This document shows, in pieces, positions 9,735 to 19,594 of a stretch of DNA of 64,000 bases. Each line of letters begins with the position of its first letter. The first letter of the stretch is position 1. The DNA is from a virus: IMG/VR virus record IMGVR_UViG_3300014202_000879, positions 53,889 through 117,888 of that record; one strand, written 5' to 3'. The translations under genes and the position numbers were made by a program. The notes beneath the pieces are model-generated. The model worked only from the letters and a program-made list of their open reading frames with translations. It was not told where the DNA came from and searched no databases.

Positions 9735-11513
9735 ATGAATATCCATCAGCTCAATTCCCTGCTTTTACTCGACGACACGACTCCGGATGAGTCCAAACCT
9801 CTGTCAACACAAATGGCTGAGCCTACCGAAGTCGAGAAGTTACGCGCTGCCGACAGGATCGCCAGCCAAGTCGGTGTCACGGATTCCAACTACGTCCAAC
9901 ACATGGACAAACTGGGTGAAGAAGGTAGCCAGGTGTCACCCTCTACCAGCTCATCTTCCACCGATACATCGTCTGGCGATACATCCACCGACGACACAGG
10001 TGCTGGTTCCTCCGATGATTTTGGTGGTATGGATGACGGTATGGGTGGTGATCCCGGTAGCGACGACCCCGCACCTGACGACAATCCGGACGATGCCTCT
10101 GGTGATGCTGCCGATCAGCCCACCGACGATAAGCCCAAAGATACCAAAGACGACACCAAAGCAGACGACACCAAAGTAGACGATGGTGCCGACAAAAAAG
10201 ACGACAAGGCGGCTAAGAAAGAAGAAAAGCCAGATAAGCCAGACGACAAGGAACCCAAAGAACCCAAGGAAAAACCTTCCGAGGAGAAGTCTGGTGGTAT
10301 CGATGACGCCAAACCGGCTCAGGAGTCCCTCAGAGACGACGTACAGGACTTTAGCTACATCTACCAGGGCAAGACGCTGTATCCTTACCTGAGTGTGCAA
10401 AACCTCGCCATCGAAGCCGTGGATGAGTCGGAATACACAGACCGCAGGTTTCTTGATGGACCAGCACCTATTGAGAAGATAGGCAGCTACGCGTGGGACA
10501 AAACGAAACAGTTCGGCAGCTGGCTCAAACAGATGGGTGTCGAGTATGGGCCCCAGGTGCTCTCCACTTTGGGTGAAGGTGTGGCTTTCATCATGGGCAA
10601 GTCAGCGCGTATGCTGGTGTCTACGGTGGAGCTGGTGCGCCGCTACGTCAATACCATCGGTCTGAACTTCAGCAAGCTGGAGAAGGAAGTCGATAACCTG
10701 ATTGCCCATGTCACCATGGCAGCCGAGAGTGGTCATAAAAATGCCAACGGAGCTTTTGAAAAAGAAAAGCCCTTGAACATGCTTTTGATTGGCAACTCTT
10801 TCAACGTGGGCGAGAACGTAAAAGCGATGACAAAGTTCGTCGACACCTACATTGCTGGTCTGGATAAACTCATGCGTGAGGAATTCAAGCTCACCATGCA
10901 CCTGATGGACATGGATGCCGCCAGTGCGGTGCACGACATCAGTACCTTGTTGGGCGTGGCGCATATCGGCACGGTGCTCAAACCAGGCGAGATCTCAGGC
11001 TACGAAGTGAAGTCCGAATTGCTGGCACCCTATGCCTCACCGACATCGGGTATGGGCAATATTCGTCTGTGTGCCCATGTACCGAAATCCAAACTGCAGA
11101 CCTCTGAAGAGTTCAGGTCAGCGTACCAAAAGAGCACCATGTTCCTGGCTATGGACATGCACGGCGCCAAGACAGCACAGCGCATCGAGTACATCGATGC
11201 TGACGAGTTGCTGATCATGTTACAAAATCTCAAGGTATTGTGTGGTAAATGCAAACACCATCAGCAGTTCTACAAGGAAACCGAAGCAAGCATCAACAGT
11301 CTGTCGACCAAGATGAAAACTTTCTTTGGTAAAATTGTGAGCTCTAAAAAGAAACTCAACATCGAAGACACAACTATGGAGTTGGTCTACTTGAAGATGG
11401 GTTTCGTTGATCGTGTGTACATTCCCTGTGCAATGGACCTACATGACTACACCGCCAAAGTGGTGGCTGCGGCTATTGATTACAGCAAACACTGTCTCAA
11501 AAGCTACACGTGA
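9735..11513 (+). CDS. Internal head protein (gp92-like) with long acidic/low-complexity N-terminal propeptide
   Basis: ATG 9735 after GGAG; D/S/T- then D/K/E/P-rich region followed by AQES and LAIE motifs. Confidence 0.65.
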   Translation: MNIHQLNSLLLLDDTTPDESKPLSTQMAEPTEVEKLRAADRIASQVGVTDSNYVQHMDKLGEEGSQVSPSTSSSSTDTSSGDTSTDDTGAGSSDDFGGMDDGMGGDPGSDDPAPDDNPDDASGDAADQPTDDKPKDTKDDTKADDTKVDDGADKKDDKAAKKEEKPDKPDDKEPKEPKEKPSEEKSGGIDDAKPAQESLRDDVQDFSYIYQGKTLYPYLSVQNLAIEAVDESEYTDRRFLDGPAPIEKIGSYAWDKTKQFGSWLKQMGVEYGPQVLSTLGEGVAFIMGKSARMLVSTVELVRRYVNTIGLNFSKLEKEVDNLIAHVTMAAESGHKNANGAFEKEKPLNMLLIGNSFNVGENVKAMTKFVDTYIAGLDKLMREEFKLTMHLMDMDAASAVHDISTLLGVAHIGTVLKPGEISGYEVKSELLAPYASPTSGMGNIRLCAHVPKSKLQTSEEFRSAYQKSTMFLAMDMHGAKTAQRIEYIDADELLIMLQNLKVLCGKCKHHQQFYKETEASINSLSTKMKTFFGKIVSSKKKLNIEDTTMELVYLKMGFVDRVYIPCAMDLHDYTAKVVAAAIDYSKHCLKSYT

Positions 11514-11633
11514 TGAAAGTCCGTTGTATATTAAGTGGGTGCAAAACCGCGTACGACCCGCGCGCGGTTTGATTTTCAGTCACCTTGCGGGCAAACAAGC
11601 TTGTTTTCTTTTCAACTGATTTTGGAGTACTCC

Positions 11634-13139
11634 ATGAACATGATTCACGCACTGATGAACCAACTGGCACTGGCCAGCGACGACACCATCCCCGACGGCC
11701 CTGTCGAAACCGTGCCAGCATCCGATCTGGAAGCCACCACCGCTGTGGCCGACCTGCAGCCCGAAGTGGCTGTGACCGAAAACACCCTGGCCGTCCTGGA
11801 CGACATGGTCTCGACCTCCGAAGGTCTGGAAACCGACGCCGAGATTCTGGAAGCCACCATCGCTCCCTCCGAAGGCTCGACCCAAGAAGGTCCCGGTGCC
11901 GATCCCGTTGCTGCCGGCCTGGCGGTGGAATCCATCCGTCGCGCTCGTGACCGTTTCGCCATTGCGAAATTCGACGGCTTCTCCGGCGGCTACAAACTCG
12001 CGCAAGAAAGCTTCATGCGCACTTCGGCTCGCAAGCCCGCCACCAAGCTGCTGCTCCTGGGCATCGGCGACACTCTGTCCAAGATCTGGCAGAAGATCAA
12101 GGCCTTCTTCAAAGGCCTGTGGGAACGTATCAAAAACGGCGTGACCAAGATCTTCCAGTCCAACGTCAAGACCGCCAAACGCGCCGAGCAGCTGCTGTTG
12201 GCCAACAACGAAAACAACAACCCGCCGAAGGACCAGCGCATCAAGAGCTCTTCCATCGCCAAGGGCTTTGCCACCGATTCCTCGGCGCCGAGGTTCGATG
12301 ACGTGCAAAAGATCCTCAAGCGTCACACCGACTACATGAACGATGCCAAGGCTGGCAACGAAAGCATCCGCAAATACGTGGATGGATTTGATCCGGTGCT
12401 GAAAGAGCTCGATGCGGTCGTCTCGACCTTGGGCAAAGGCGGTGGTGTTGCCACCTCCACCACCACCACCGGGACCACGGCAACATCGATCACCAACTTG
12501 GAAAAACAAACCAAAGCGTTTGTCGACACGTTGTTCGCCAAATACGGCGGCCCGGTGGCTGGTCAGAAAATCACGGTGTCCGATCTGCGCGACTCTTTCA
12601 ACCTGGACAACGTCGAGGTCAGCCAATCCGACATCGAAGTGGCTGGTCCTTTCTTTGGCCGCCGCTACCTGTACGTTGCTCGTCTGAAGAACCGCCAAGT
12701 TGGTGGCCAAACCTCTGACGTTTATCAGCTGGCTGCCGGTATGACGGAAATCACCAAAGGTGGCACGCCTACCGATACGGAGACCTTGACACAAGGCGAG
12801 TGCGAAAAAGTTTGCCGCATGGTGAAAGACCTGTGTTCTGCCATGAACCAATACGAGTACTCGGTCAAGGTGGGTAACTCGGTGGCCGACGATCTGATGG
12901 CAAAAATCGACGCGTCGATCAAGCTGGCAGACAAACTCAACAACGTTGAGGACCAAAGCCAAGCAGGCGGCAAAGCCCAGTTCAAACTGGTTCGCAACGG
13001 CTTGACCTACGCTCGCGTGAGTGTCCAGGGCGTCATCAAGATCCTGTCCACCAACAACAGCTCGCTGCCAGTGTACACGTTGTCTGCGGCCAACACCGCG
13101 CTTGACCTCGTGTCTGCGTCCATCAAAGCCCGTCCTTGA
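11634..13139 (+). CDS. Abundant internal head (ejection) protein, phiKZ gp93-family-like
   Basis: ATG 11634 after GGAG; acidic propeptide with LAVE and LAQE sites; amphipathic IWQKIKAFFKGLWERIK helix; strongly C-ending codon usage like the capsid gene; followed by a terminator. Confidence 0.7.
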   Translation: MNMIHALMNQLALASDDTIPDGPVETVPASDLEATTAVADLQPEVAVTENTLAVLDDMVSTSEGLETDAEILEATIAPSEGSTQEGPGADPVAAGLAVESIRRARDRFAIAKFDGFSGGYKLAQESFMRTSARKPATKLLLLGIGDTLSKIWQKIKAFFKGLWERIKNGVTKIFQSNVKTAKRAEQLLLANNENNNPPKDQRIKSSSIAKGFATDSSAPRFDDVQKILKRHTDYMNDAKAGNESIRKYVDGFDPVLKELDAVVSTLGKGGGVATSTTTTGTTATSITNLEKQTKAFVDTLFAKYGGPVAGQKITVSDLRDSFNLDNVEVSQSDIEVAGPFFGRRYLYVARLKNRQVGGQTSDVYQLAAGMTEITKGGTPTDTETLTQGECEKVCRMVKDLCSAMNQYEYSVKVGNSVADDLMAKIDASIKLADKLNNVEDQSQAGGKAQFKLVRNGLTYARVSVQGVIKILSTNNSSLPVYTLSAANTALDLVSASIKARP

Positions 13140-13186
13140 TTGGGCGGCCTGGCGTTGGTTAGATACTGACGCCGCTTTGTAAACTG

Positions 13187-13238
13187 TCCATACTCGACGG
13201 GTGGCTTAGGCTGCTCGTCGAGTATGGATTTGTTTTTT
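13187..13238 (+). terminator. Intrinsic terminator
   Basis: TCCATACTCGACG / CGTCGAGTATGGA stem followed by a T-rich tract. Confidence 0.8.
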
Positions 13239-13372
13239 GTCTTTTAGAGAGGTACGTATGTCAGGATTTCTCAACAGGCATTGGTCGATTGATGCCTCCT
13301 CCACCACGTGTACCGGTTGGTACACGTGGTGGGATGGAGATCACATGGATAGACTTTCAGATTGGAATCACA

Positions 13373-15115
13373 ATGCCTAACGCACATATCAAACTCGATG
13401 AGACAGAGCAAAGCATATTTCGCCCATCTGTCCTGGCTGTGGTGGATCAGATACGCACCAACACAAGCATCGACAAATCGGTTCGTGTTTTGTTTCCTGG
13501 CGACATCCAAGTGGCCATACAAAAGGGCGCCGATATGGGCAACTCCCCCATACTGCCCACGTTCTCGTCAGAGGAATCCATCACCATTTCTGCCACCGAG
13601 AACTACGACATTACCCACATAGGCAGCACGCGCATGGACCAGCTCGGCAGCACGCCTATCTTCATTGACAACAGCATCGGTATTGCTGTTTTGCCAGTTT
13701 ATGTGGACAGTGAGGTAGAAATCAGATTTACATACAAATGCCAGTCCAAATCCAAAGCCCAGAAATGGGTGGATGAGATTCGGCTGAGGCTGTCTCAGCT
13801 GGTGGTGTATGATGTCCACGATGTCCAGTACCACTACGTGATGCCTGCCAAACTCATAAAGATGCTCAGCCATGTCCATGACAAAAAGGAAGCGGTAGCG
13901 GGCTATGGTGAGACGTTTGAGGAATACCTCAGCAGATCTTTCACCAAACGCATGACGTCGATTACAGACAGTGCTGCCAAGGACAAACGCTACGCTGTCA
14001 GAGAGACACAGGCCGAGGTCCAGGGTGAGTTTGGGTTTGACGCCAACCCTACCAAGCCAGAGAAGAACAACGACAATGGCACATGGACCATCAACTTTGA
14101 GTACAAATACATGTACAACAAAGTGATTGCTTTGCGTACGCAGTACCCTATCATGGTTCACAATCAGCTACTGGACCCGATCTATTCTGTCTTGCCTGCC
14201 AATAAAAGGAAGAAGCCCCTGGACAACGTGATCTACAACGGATGGTCACATATGTACAAGATCTTTGGCATAGAGAATGTCAATGCCTCTTTGTTTGATC
14301 CGAGCAAGAGCCTACATATCCCTGCTTTCGATGAATGGCGGGTTGTGGGTCTTCCTTACTTCAAGAAACACTTCTTGTGCTTGTCGGTTCTGTGTCAGAT
14401 GAACCAAAACGACAAAAGAGAACTGGTGAACCTAACCCAGCTCGGTGACGTGGCTATACAGAACGATATTGTCCAGTGGCTAAAGGATGGCGAGTATGTC
14501 CATGTTACACGAGAGGATGGTTGCTTTATCTCGGTGCGCTTGTTCACCAACAACGAACCTATGCCCCGGGATGCAATTACTGTAGACAGCGATCTTACTG
14601 TGCGTACAGTGCAGGAGATGAATCCTCGTGTAGCGTATCGGGTCTGTGTGTTTCTTCATACTGACATGGAGCGACTAAGACCAGAGGCATTTGAGAGGTT
14701 GGCTAGTCATCCGAATGCACTGACTGCCATCATCACAGCCTTGGACACAGCGGTTCGTCAGATCACCATGGGAGATGCCAAATATCCAGGTACCCATGTT
14801 GCGCGTGCTGACATGGCCATCATCTACTGGATACTCAGTGGAAAGAGATTGTTTCACGACGAGCCCTGGTTGTCCAATATCCCACGCAACGTAATAACCG
14901 ACCTTGCAAGCAGATTCGATGTAACAGATTTTGTCAAGAACAACTTGATCAGGTCTGCTGGTGAGTTTATTCACCTCACCAGCAGAGAAGTTGCTTCCAG
15001 GTTCAAAGAGAACGTCCCCATGTTCTTGCTGAAAGTACGCAACAAAGTTCACATTCGTTCGGGTATCAATACCATGAACTCGTTCATCTACCCAGTCAAG
15101 AGAGGTCCAGAATGA
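13373..15115 (+). CDS. Virion structural protein (gp98-like by position)
   Basis: Long ORF; SIFRP, YPIMVHNQLL and IPAFDEW motifs seen in chimallivirus structural proteins; likely ATG 13373. Confidence 0.6.
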   Translation: MPNAHIKLDETEQSIFRPSVLAVVDQIRTNTSIDKSVRVLFPGDIQVAIQKGADMGNSPILPTFSSEESITISATENYDITHIGSTRMDQLGSTPIFIDNSIGIAVLPVYVDSEVEIRFTYKCQSKSKAQKWVDEIRLRLSQLVVYDVHDVQYHYVMPAKLIKMLSHVHDKKEAVAGYGETFEEYLSRSFTKRMTSITDSAAKDKRYAVRETQAEVQGEFGFDANPTKPEKNNDNGTWTINFEYKYMYNKVIALRTQYPIMVHNQLLDPIYSVLPANKRKKPLDNVIYNGWSHMYKIFGIENVNASLFDPSKSLHIPAFDEWRVVGLPYFKKHFLCLSVLCQMNQNDKRELVNLTQLGDVAIQNDIVQWLKDGEYVHVTREDGCFISVRLFTNNEPMPRDAITVDSDLTVRTVQEMNPRVAYRVCVFLHTDMERLRPEAFERLASHPNALTAIITALDTAVRQITMGDAKYPGTHVARADMAIIYWILSGKRLFHDEPWLSNIPRNVITDLASRFDVTDFVKNNLIRSAGEFIHLTSREVASRFKENVPMFLLKVRNKVHIRSGINTMNSFIYPVKRGPE

Positions 15116-15651
15116 CACCTATGAGACTACTCATACCAAAGACCCCAGAGAAAGCAATTGGTTTCTACGAGCCGTACAAGAAAGACAGCTTGGGTCTGAT
15201 AAGCAGCATCGTTGTGCTGGACACGGAAAACGGCAGGATGTTTGTTCGTGCTATGCAAACAGCCGACAGCAACATCCAGAAGCTCAAGATGCTGATGAAA
15301 TTTACCCATCCTTCGGACAGCACCGATGAGATATCGCGTACCGTGTTTGAGCAGAAAAGACACACCATGGTGATGATCGTCACCAGAAGGTATTTGCTTG
15401 GTATCATGGACATGGTCCAAACACTGCGCAATCATTTCTACACTACTTACGGACAAGACTTCATGGAGGAAACGTTCACGCCAGTTGGACTGAACTTCAT
15501 GAAGTTCGACGACGATACCCTGGTGAGTGGTTTTCTGAAGTCCGTTCAAGCCACCAATGCCAACATGACACAGACCATTTCAGAGTTTGAGTTCAGGTAC
15601 ACCGAGCCATGTACTTTGTGTATGCTGGACCACTATGGCAAGACCAGATGA
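15112..15651 (+). CDS. Hypothetical protein
   Basis: 179-aa ORF with ATGA overlap. Confidence 0.6.
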   Translation: MTPMRLLIPKTPEKAIGFYEPYKKDSLGLISSIVVLDTENGRMFVRAMQTADSNIQKLKMLMKFTHPSDSTDEISRTVFEQKRHTMVMIVTRRYLLGIMDMVQTLRNHFYTTYGQDFMEETFTPVGLNFMKFDDDTLVSGFLKSVQATNANMTQTISEFEFRYTEPCTLCMLDHYGKTR

Positions 15652-15655
15652 GTAA

Positions 15656-15686
15656 CCGCACTGATGCTTTGTATGCATCAGTGCGG
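15656..15686. other. Intergenic perfect 12-bp stem-loop without U-tract
   Basis: CCGCACTGATGC / GCATCAGTGCGG. Confidence 0.7.
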
Positions 15687-15738
15687 CAGCTACCCAGAAA
15701 TCCCATGGCCCCAGTAACGTAAAAACAGGATCACAACC

Positions 15739-17112
15739 ATGCCTATCGCTCAACACACCCCTGCTTCGACAGTGCCTACACCAATCACTCCTTTGGCTAT
15801 TTCAGCCAAAGAGTACAAGGGTTCTGTCTTCGATACCTCATCGACACCCGAATACACGCTGCTTTCGTTTATCCAAGGCGCATCATGGGTGGTGGACGAT
15901 TATTTCTCCTCTATCGTTGGCGAGCACAACGACCTGCGCGAGATAGACACCGATCAACCCAACGTCTACCAGACTTACACACGCATCAAGAATCTGGAAC
16001 TCAAAGTTGGGAGCGACCTGTCGCCTTCGTTTGACGAAGAGTCTGGTACGATGATGGTAGTGGGCTCTGCAATCGTTTACGGGCCCATCAAACCCAAGAA
16101 AACTGATTACTTCATCGCCAAAGGCAGCAACGGCAACATTGCTGTCTTCTGTGTGAGCACCACACAAAGAATGACGCACAACAACTTGTCTGTGCACGAA
16201 ATCAGCTACTACTTGGTGGGCTACGCCGACGCATTGACGGCACTGACCGAGCAGTTGTACGAACGCAGCATCAAGACACTGGTGTTTGACAAAGAAAGGC
16301 TTTTGCACAACCTGACGCCTTTGCTGAAGGAAACCGACTTCGTGACGCTGCAGTCGGCCAAGAAGTCTTTCGATCAGATCGCCAACGAGTATGTGCGTAC
16401 GTTCTACAGCCAACACGTAGGTACCATTCTTATGCCAGGCCAAGAGCATTTCATGTTCGACTCTATGCTGGTGGAATACTTTACCAACATCTGCGACACT
16501 GTGTCGGTGCCGATGATCAGTCGGGTGCGTTACATGACCACAGACGCAGATCCAGCACTGAATCGTCCAACACTGTGGACAGCCATGCTTATGCGCACAG
16601 ACACCACACTGCCGTTTGTCCAAAAGAAAATGGGTCTGGTATCAAAGAGCTTGTTCTTACCTAAGAGCTTTGGTCGTGGTGCTGCATTCAGCATGATGGA
16701 GTTCTTTGTGTATCCGGATGAACCAGACATGAGTATGGTGAGTGCTGCGTCCTACCTCCCCAAAGGCATCTCCATCGATAGCGACGAGTTGATCAAACCA
16801 ACCACCAACTACAGCGGTCAGCTGTATGACGATATCGAAATGGCTTACGACAACAACGGCACCCCCATGGTGCTGATTCATCCTGTTCAGAAGGACGACT
16901 ACTACGTCTTGAGCAGTGCTTTCTACGAAGACACTGCAAACAAGAGTGTGTTGGAGACCCTGGTGTTGATGTATCTCAGGAACCAACCTGTGGATCTGAG
17001 TATGCTGGCTGCTTTGATTACCAGTTACTCTCGGTGGCCACGGCTCGAACAGTACTACTACGGCCCTTTGCTATTCACATTAATCAGCCAGTCTCAAAAA
17101 GACAGCTATTGA
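15739..17112 (+). CDS. Virion structural protein (gp99-like)
   Basis: 457-aa ORF; IQGASWVVDDY, YYVLSSAFY and C-terminal LEQYYYGPLL motifs typical of the family. Confidence 0.6.
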   Translation: MPIAQHTPASTVPTPITPLAISAKEYKGSVFDTSSTPEYTLLSFIQGASWVVDDYFSSIVGEHNDLREIDTDQPNVYQTYTRIKNLELKVGSDLSPSFDEESGTMMVVGSAIVYGPIKPKKTDYFIAKGSNGNIAVFCVSTTQRMTHNNLSVHEISYYLVGYADALTALTEQLYERSIKTLVFDKERLLHNLTPLLKETDFVTLQSAKKSFDQIANEYVRTFYSQHVGTILMPGQEHFMFDSMLVEYFTNICDTVSVPMISRVRYMTTDADPALNRPTLWTAMLMRTDTTLPFVQKKMGLVSKSLFLPKSFGRGAAFSMMEFFVYPDEPDMSMVSAASYLPKGISIDSDELIKPTTNYSGQLYDDIEMAYDNNGTPMVLIHPVQKDDYYVLSSAFYEDTANKSVLETLVLMYLRNQPVDLSMLAALITSYSRWPRLEQYYYGPLLFTLISQSQKDSY

Positions 17113-17122
17113 GGACCTCACG

Positions 17123-17818
17123 ATGTCACACGAATACCTAGTTCCCTTTGACCAGCCTGTTCAGGTGTTCATGGAGGAGGATCTGTTGGCCAAACCAACA
17201 CCTGCCAAGAACCAAGACAACGTACCTGCTGAGAGAAAGGTCATTCCGTTTGATCAGCTGCTGGTGTATAACCTGTACAAAATACGCTACAACTTCTTTC
17301 AGTCCAGATCGATCGAAGACATCCGCCAGCGTGGTGTGGCTGTCACAGGCAACAAGAAGTTCGATGCTCAAGCAAAGAACGAAACTGTGGATGGTATCAT
17401 GACCATTCGCATGGCCATGGACCTGTACAAACGTGGTGTGGATATGTGGCTGGTCAACCACAGCGAACTCATGACCATGTACAACGAAATAAGCGATTTC
17501 CTGAATCAAGCCATACGTCGGGTAAAGGATTCCCCCAATGCCCAAGAAGACACTGTGCGTGACATCCTCGAAGTGGATGCATTCTGTAAAGTGGTCTTTG
17601 AACATGCCAAGTTTGAAATCAAGGTCAATCAGGATGTGCATGAGTTCGTAAGAGCTGCATCCACGCACCAAGACCTGCCTCTGATCAACGACAGCATCTT
17701 TGTTGATCCAAGAGCCAATTACGACGACCGTATCGCAGAAGCCCAAAACACACAGTACGAATCCTCGGAGGATATGCTGATGCAACGGCTGGCTTTGCTT
17801 CATGGAAACTCCCGATAG
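17123..17818 (+). CDS. Conserved hypothetical protein (gp100-like)
   Basis: 231-aa ORF after GAGG; synteny. Confidence 0.55.
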   Translation: MSHEYLVPFDQPVQVFMEEDLLAKPTPAKNQDNVPAERKVIPFDQLLVYNLYKIRYNFFQSRSIEDIRQRGVAVTGNKKFDAQAKNETVDGIMTIRMAMDLYKRGVDMWLVNHSELMTMYNEISDFLNQAIRRVKDSPNAQEDTVRDILEVDAFCKVVFEHAKFEIKVNQDVHEFVRAASTHQDLPLINDSIFVDPRANYDDRIAEAQNTQYESSEDMLMQRLALLHGNSR

Positions 17819-17821
17819 GTC

Positions 17822-19198
17822 GTGATGAACATCGACAACACGCCCCTGGCTGCTGAGATAGATCCTTTTGTCACCAGGTCCAGAGAAACCTCACCCTACA
17901 TAGAACTGAGTTGCTTGCTCACGGCAGGAAAACACATGTTCGTGCCCATCAAGTTACTCTCCATGTCGGAGGTGGTTCAGTACACAAAGAAGTTTACGGC
18001 CCATTTGGTGTTGAGACTGGTTATTGCTTTGGGCGACTACACCAACAGAGTGTATCCCAATCAAAAGAACCTCAGCATCATGCTGCAAACCAAGGTACCT
18101 GGTAAGACCACCATACAAAGAAGGTACGTGGCTTTCATGGATGCATCCAAGTCACCTCAGGTGCCCATGAGCAAGACCGCCTACATCGACAACGATACAC
18201 TCAACACAGGTGACACAGTGGACGTCGAGCTCCAGTTGCTCGATTACGACGCATGGGCCCTGATGAACATCCTGGTGGGTCGGGCTTACCAGAACCTGAC
18301 ACCTATCGCTATGGCTGAGAAGATACTCGGTGAGTTCCTGGAAGGAACAAACATACAGGGTGTCGTATCAGAACCTGCCACAAACACGGTGGTGCGTCGA
18401 AACACCGTGGTCCCCAGCGACATCCGACTCATCGATATCGTCGACGTGGCACAAGACCGACTGGGTGGTATCTACGACACGGGTGCTGGGTTGTTCATCC
18501 ACACCGACACCAACAACGCAAAGAACTGGCACATCTATCCTTTGTACGACCTAACACGTTTTGACAGGAGCAAGAACCGTGCTGTGTTCGTTATGGCGCC
18601 TGAGAACCGATTCGTTGGTTCTGAGTGCACATGGATTGTGCAAGACTCCGTGACCAGGATCTTGATCACAGGCAGCCGCTTTTACAGCGATCAGGGTGAC
18701 AACCAGTTCATGAACCAGGGTATCGGTTACAAGAAACTGGTGCCCAGTGCACTGATTGATAAACCAGTCAGGGTGGACGGCAAATCACCCATAGCGGTAG
18801 GACACGAGCTGATTATCGAGGAAGAGACCAGATCGGAATCCAGCCGTGTCAACTTCAGGCCCATGTCCAAGAATCCCATATCTGACAACATCTACGTGGA
18901 CAGAACAGAGCTGAAGAGGCGTTCTGTGGCTATCCTTATTGTGGAGTGGGAGAACAGCAACAGCGATCTGCTGTCTCCTTGTATGCCTTGCAGGATCATC
19001 ACCATGGTGGGTGGCAATATGGTTGCTCTGAGTGGTGTGGTCGCTGAGTTTGAGTCTTACGCCTACCCAACGAGCAACGTTCTAGGCAGCCGCTCCTATG
19101 CCCAAACCACGAAGATCAAATTGCTGGTCAACCGTGATGTATTTTCTCGTTACGCCGATTCCCTCAATCTCTCCGACGCTGTAGAAGGACAGCTCTAA
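17822..19198 (+). CDS. Virion structural protein, possible baseplate hub (gp101-like)
   Basis: 458-aa ORF; GGIYDTGAG, WHIYPLYDLTRF and WENSNSDLLSP motifs; synteny. Confidence 0.6.
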   Translation: MMNIDNTPLAAEIDPFVTRSRETSPYIELSCLLTAGKHMFVPIKLLSMSEVVQYTKKFTAHLVLRLVIALGDYTNRVYPNQKNLSIMLQTKVPGKTTIQRRYVAFMDASKSPQVPMSKTAYIDNDTLNTGDTVDVELQLLDYDAWALMNILVGRAYQNLTPIAMAEKILGEFLEGTNIQGVVSEPATNTVVRRNTVVPSDIRLIDIVDVAQDRLGGIYDTGAGLFIHTDTNNAKNWHIYPLYDLTRFDRSKNRAVFVMAPENRFVGSECTWIVQDSVTRILITGSRFYSDQGDNQFMNQGIGYKKLVPSALIDKPVRVDGKSPIAVGHELIIEEETRSESSRVNFRPMSKNPISDNIYVDRTELKRRSVAILIVEWENSNSDLLSPCMPCRIITMVGGNMVALSGVVAEFESYAYPTSNVLGSRSYAQTTKIKLLVNRDVFSRYADSLNLSDAVEGQL

Positions 19199-19199
19199 C

Positions 19200-19589
19200 A
19201 TGAAAAAATCGATCTCTGGTGTCTTCGGACACATCACAATGTTTCTTGCATACTTGTCGTGTCTCCTGTTTGGTCAACGCAAGGCAGACGTAGCAAAGGT
19301 GGCCGCTCCATCTGCTTCGGTGTACGACGCCCATACTGGCAAACCGCTGAACGAAGTGGCTTACGAAAAAGCCACCAAGATGTTTAATTCAGCCTACTAC
19401 CCCAGGTGTGCAGATACCGAGCTGCAAGAAAATGCGTTCTACATCATGTCCATCGACAGAGTACCCATGGCAGACATAGATGGCAAAAAAACCATGAAGG
19501 TTGTTGTCTACCTGCACAACCAGGAATACGACATCGAACTCAATCTACCCAGAGACCGCCTGTCGGAATACTTCGTCACCAAGGACTGA
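19200..19589 (+). CDS. Hypothetical protein with N-terminal hydrophobic segment
   Basis: 129-aa ORF, tightly spaced in the operon. Confidence 0.6.
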   Translation: MKKSISGVFGHITMFLAYLSCLLFGQRKADVAKVAAPSASVYDAHTGKPLNEVAYEKATKMFNSAYYPRCADTELQENAFYIMSIDRVPMADIDGKKTMKVVVYLHNQEYDIELNLPRDRLSEYFVTKD

Positions 19590-19594
19590 ACAAA

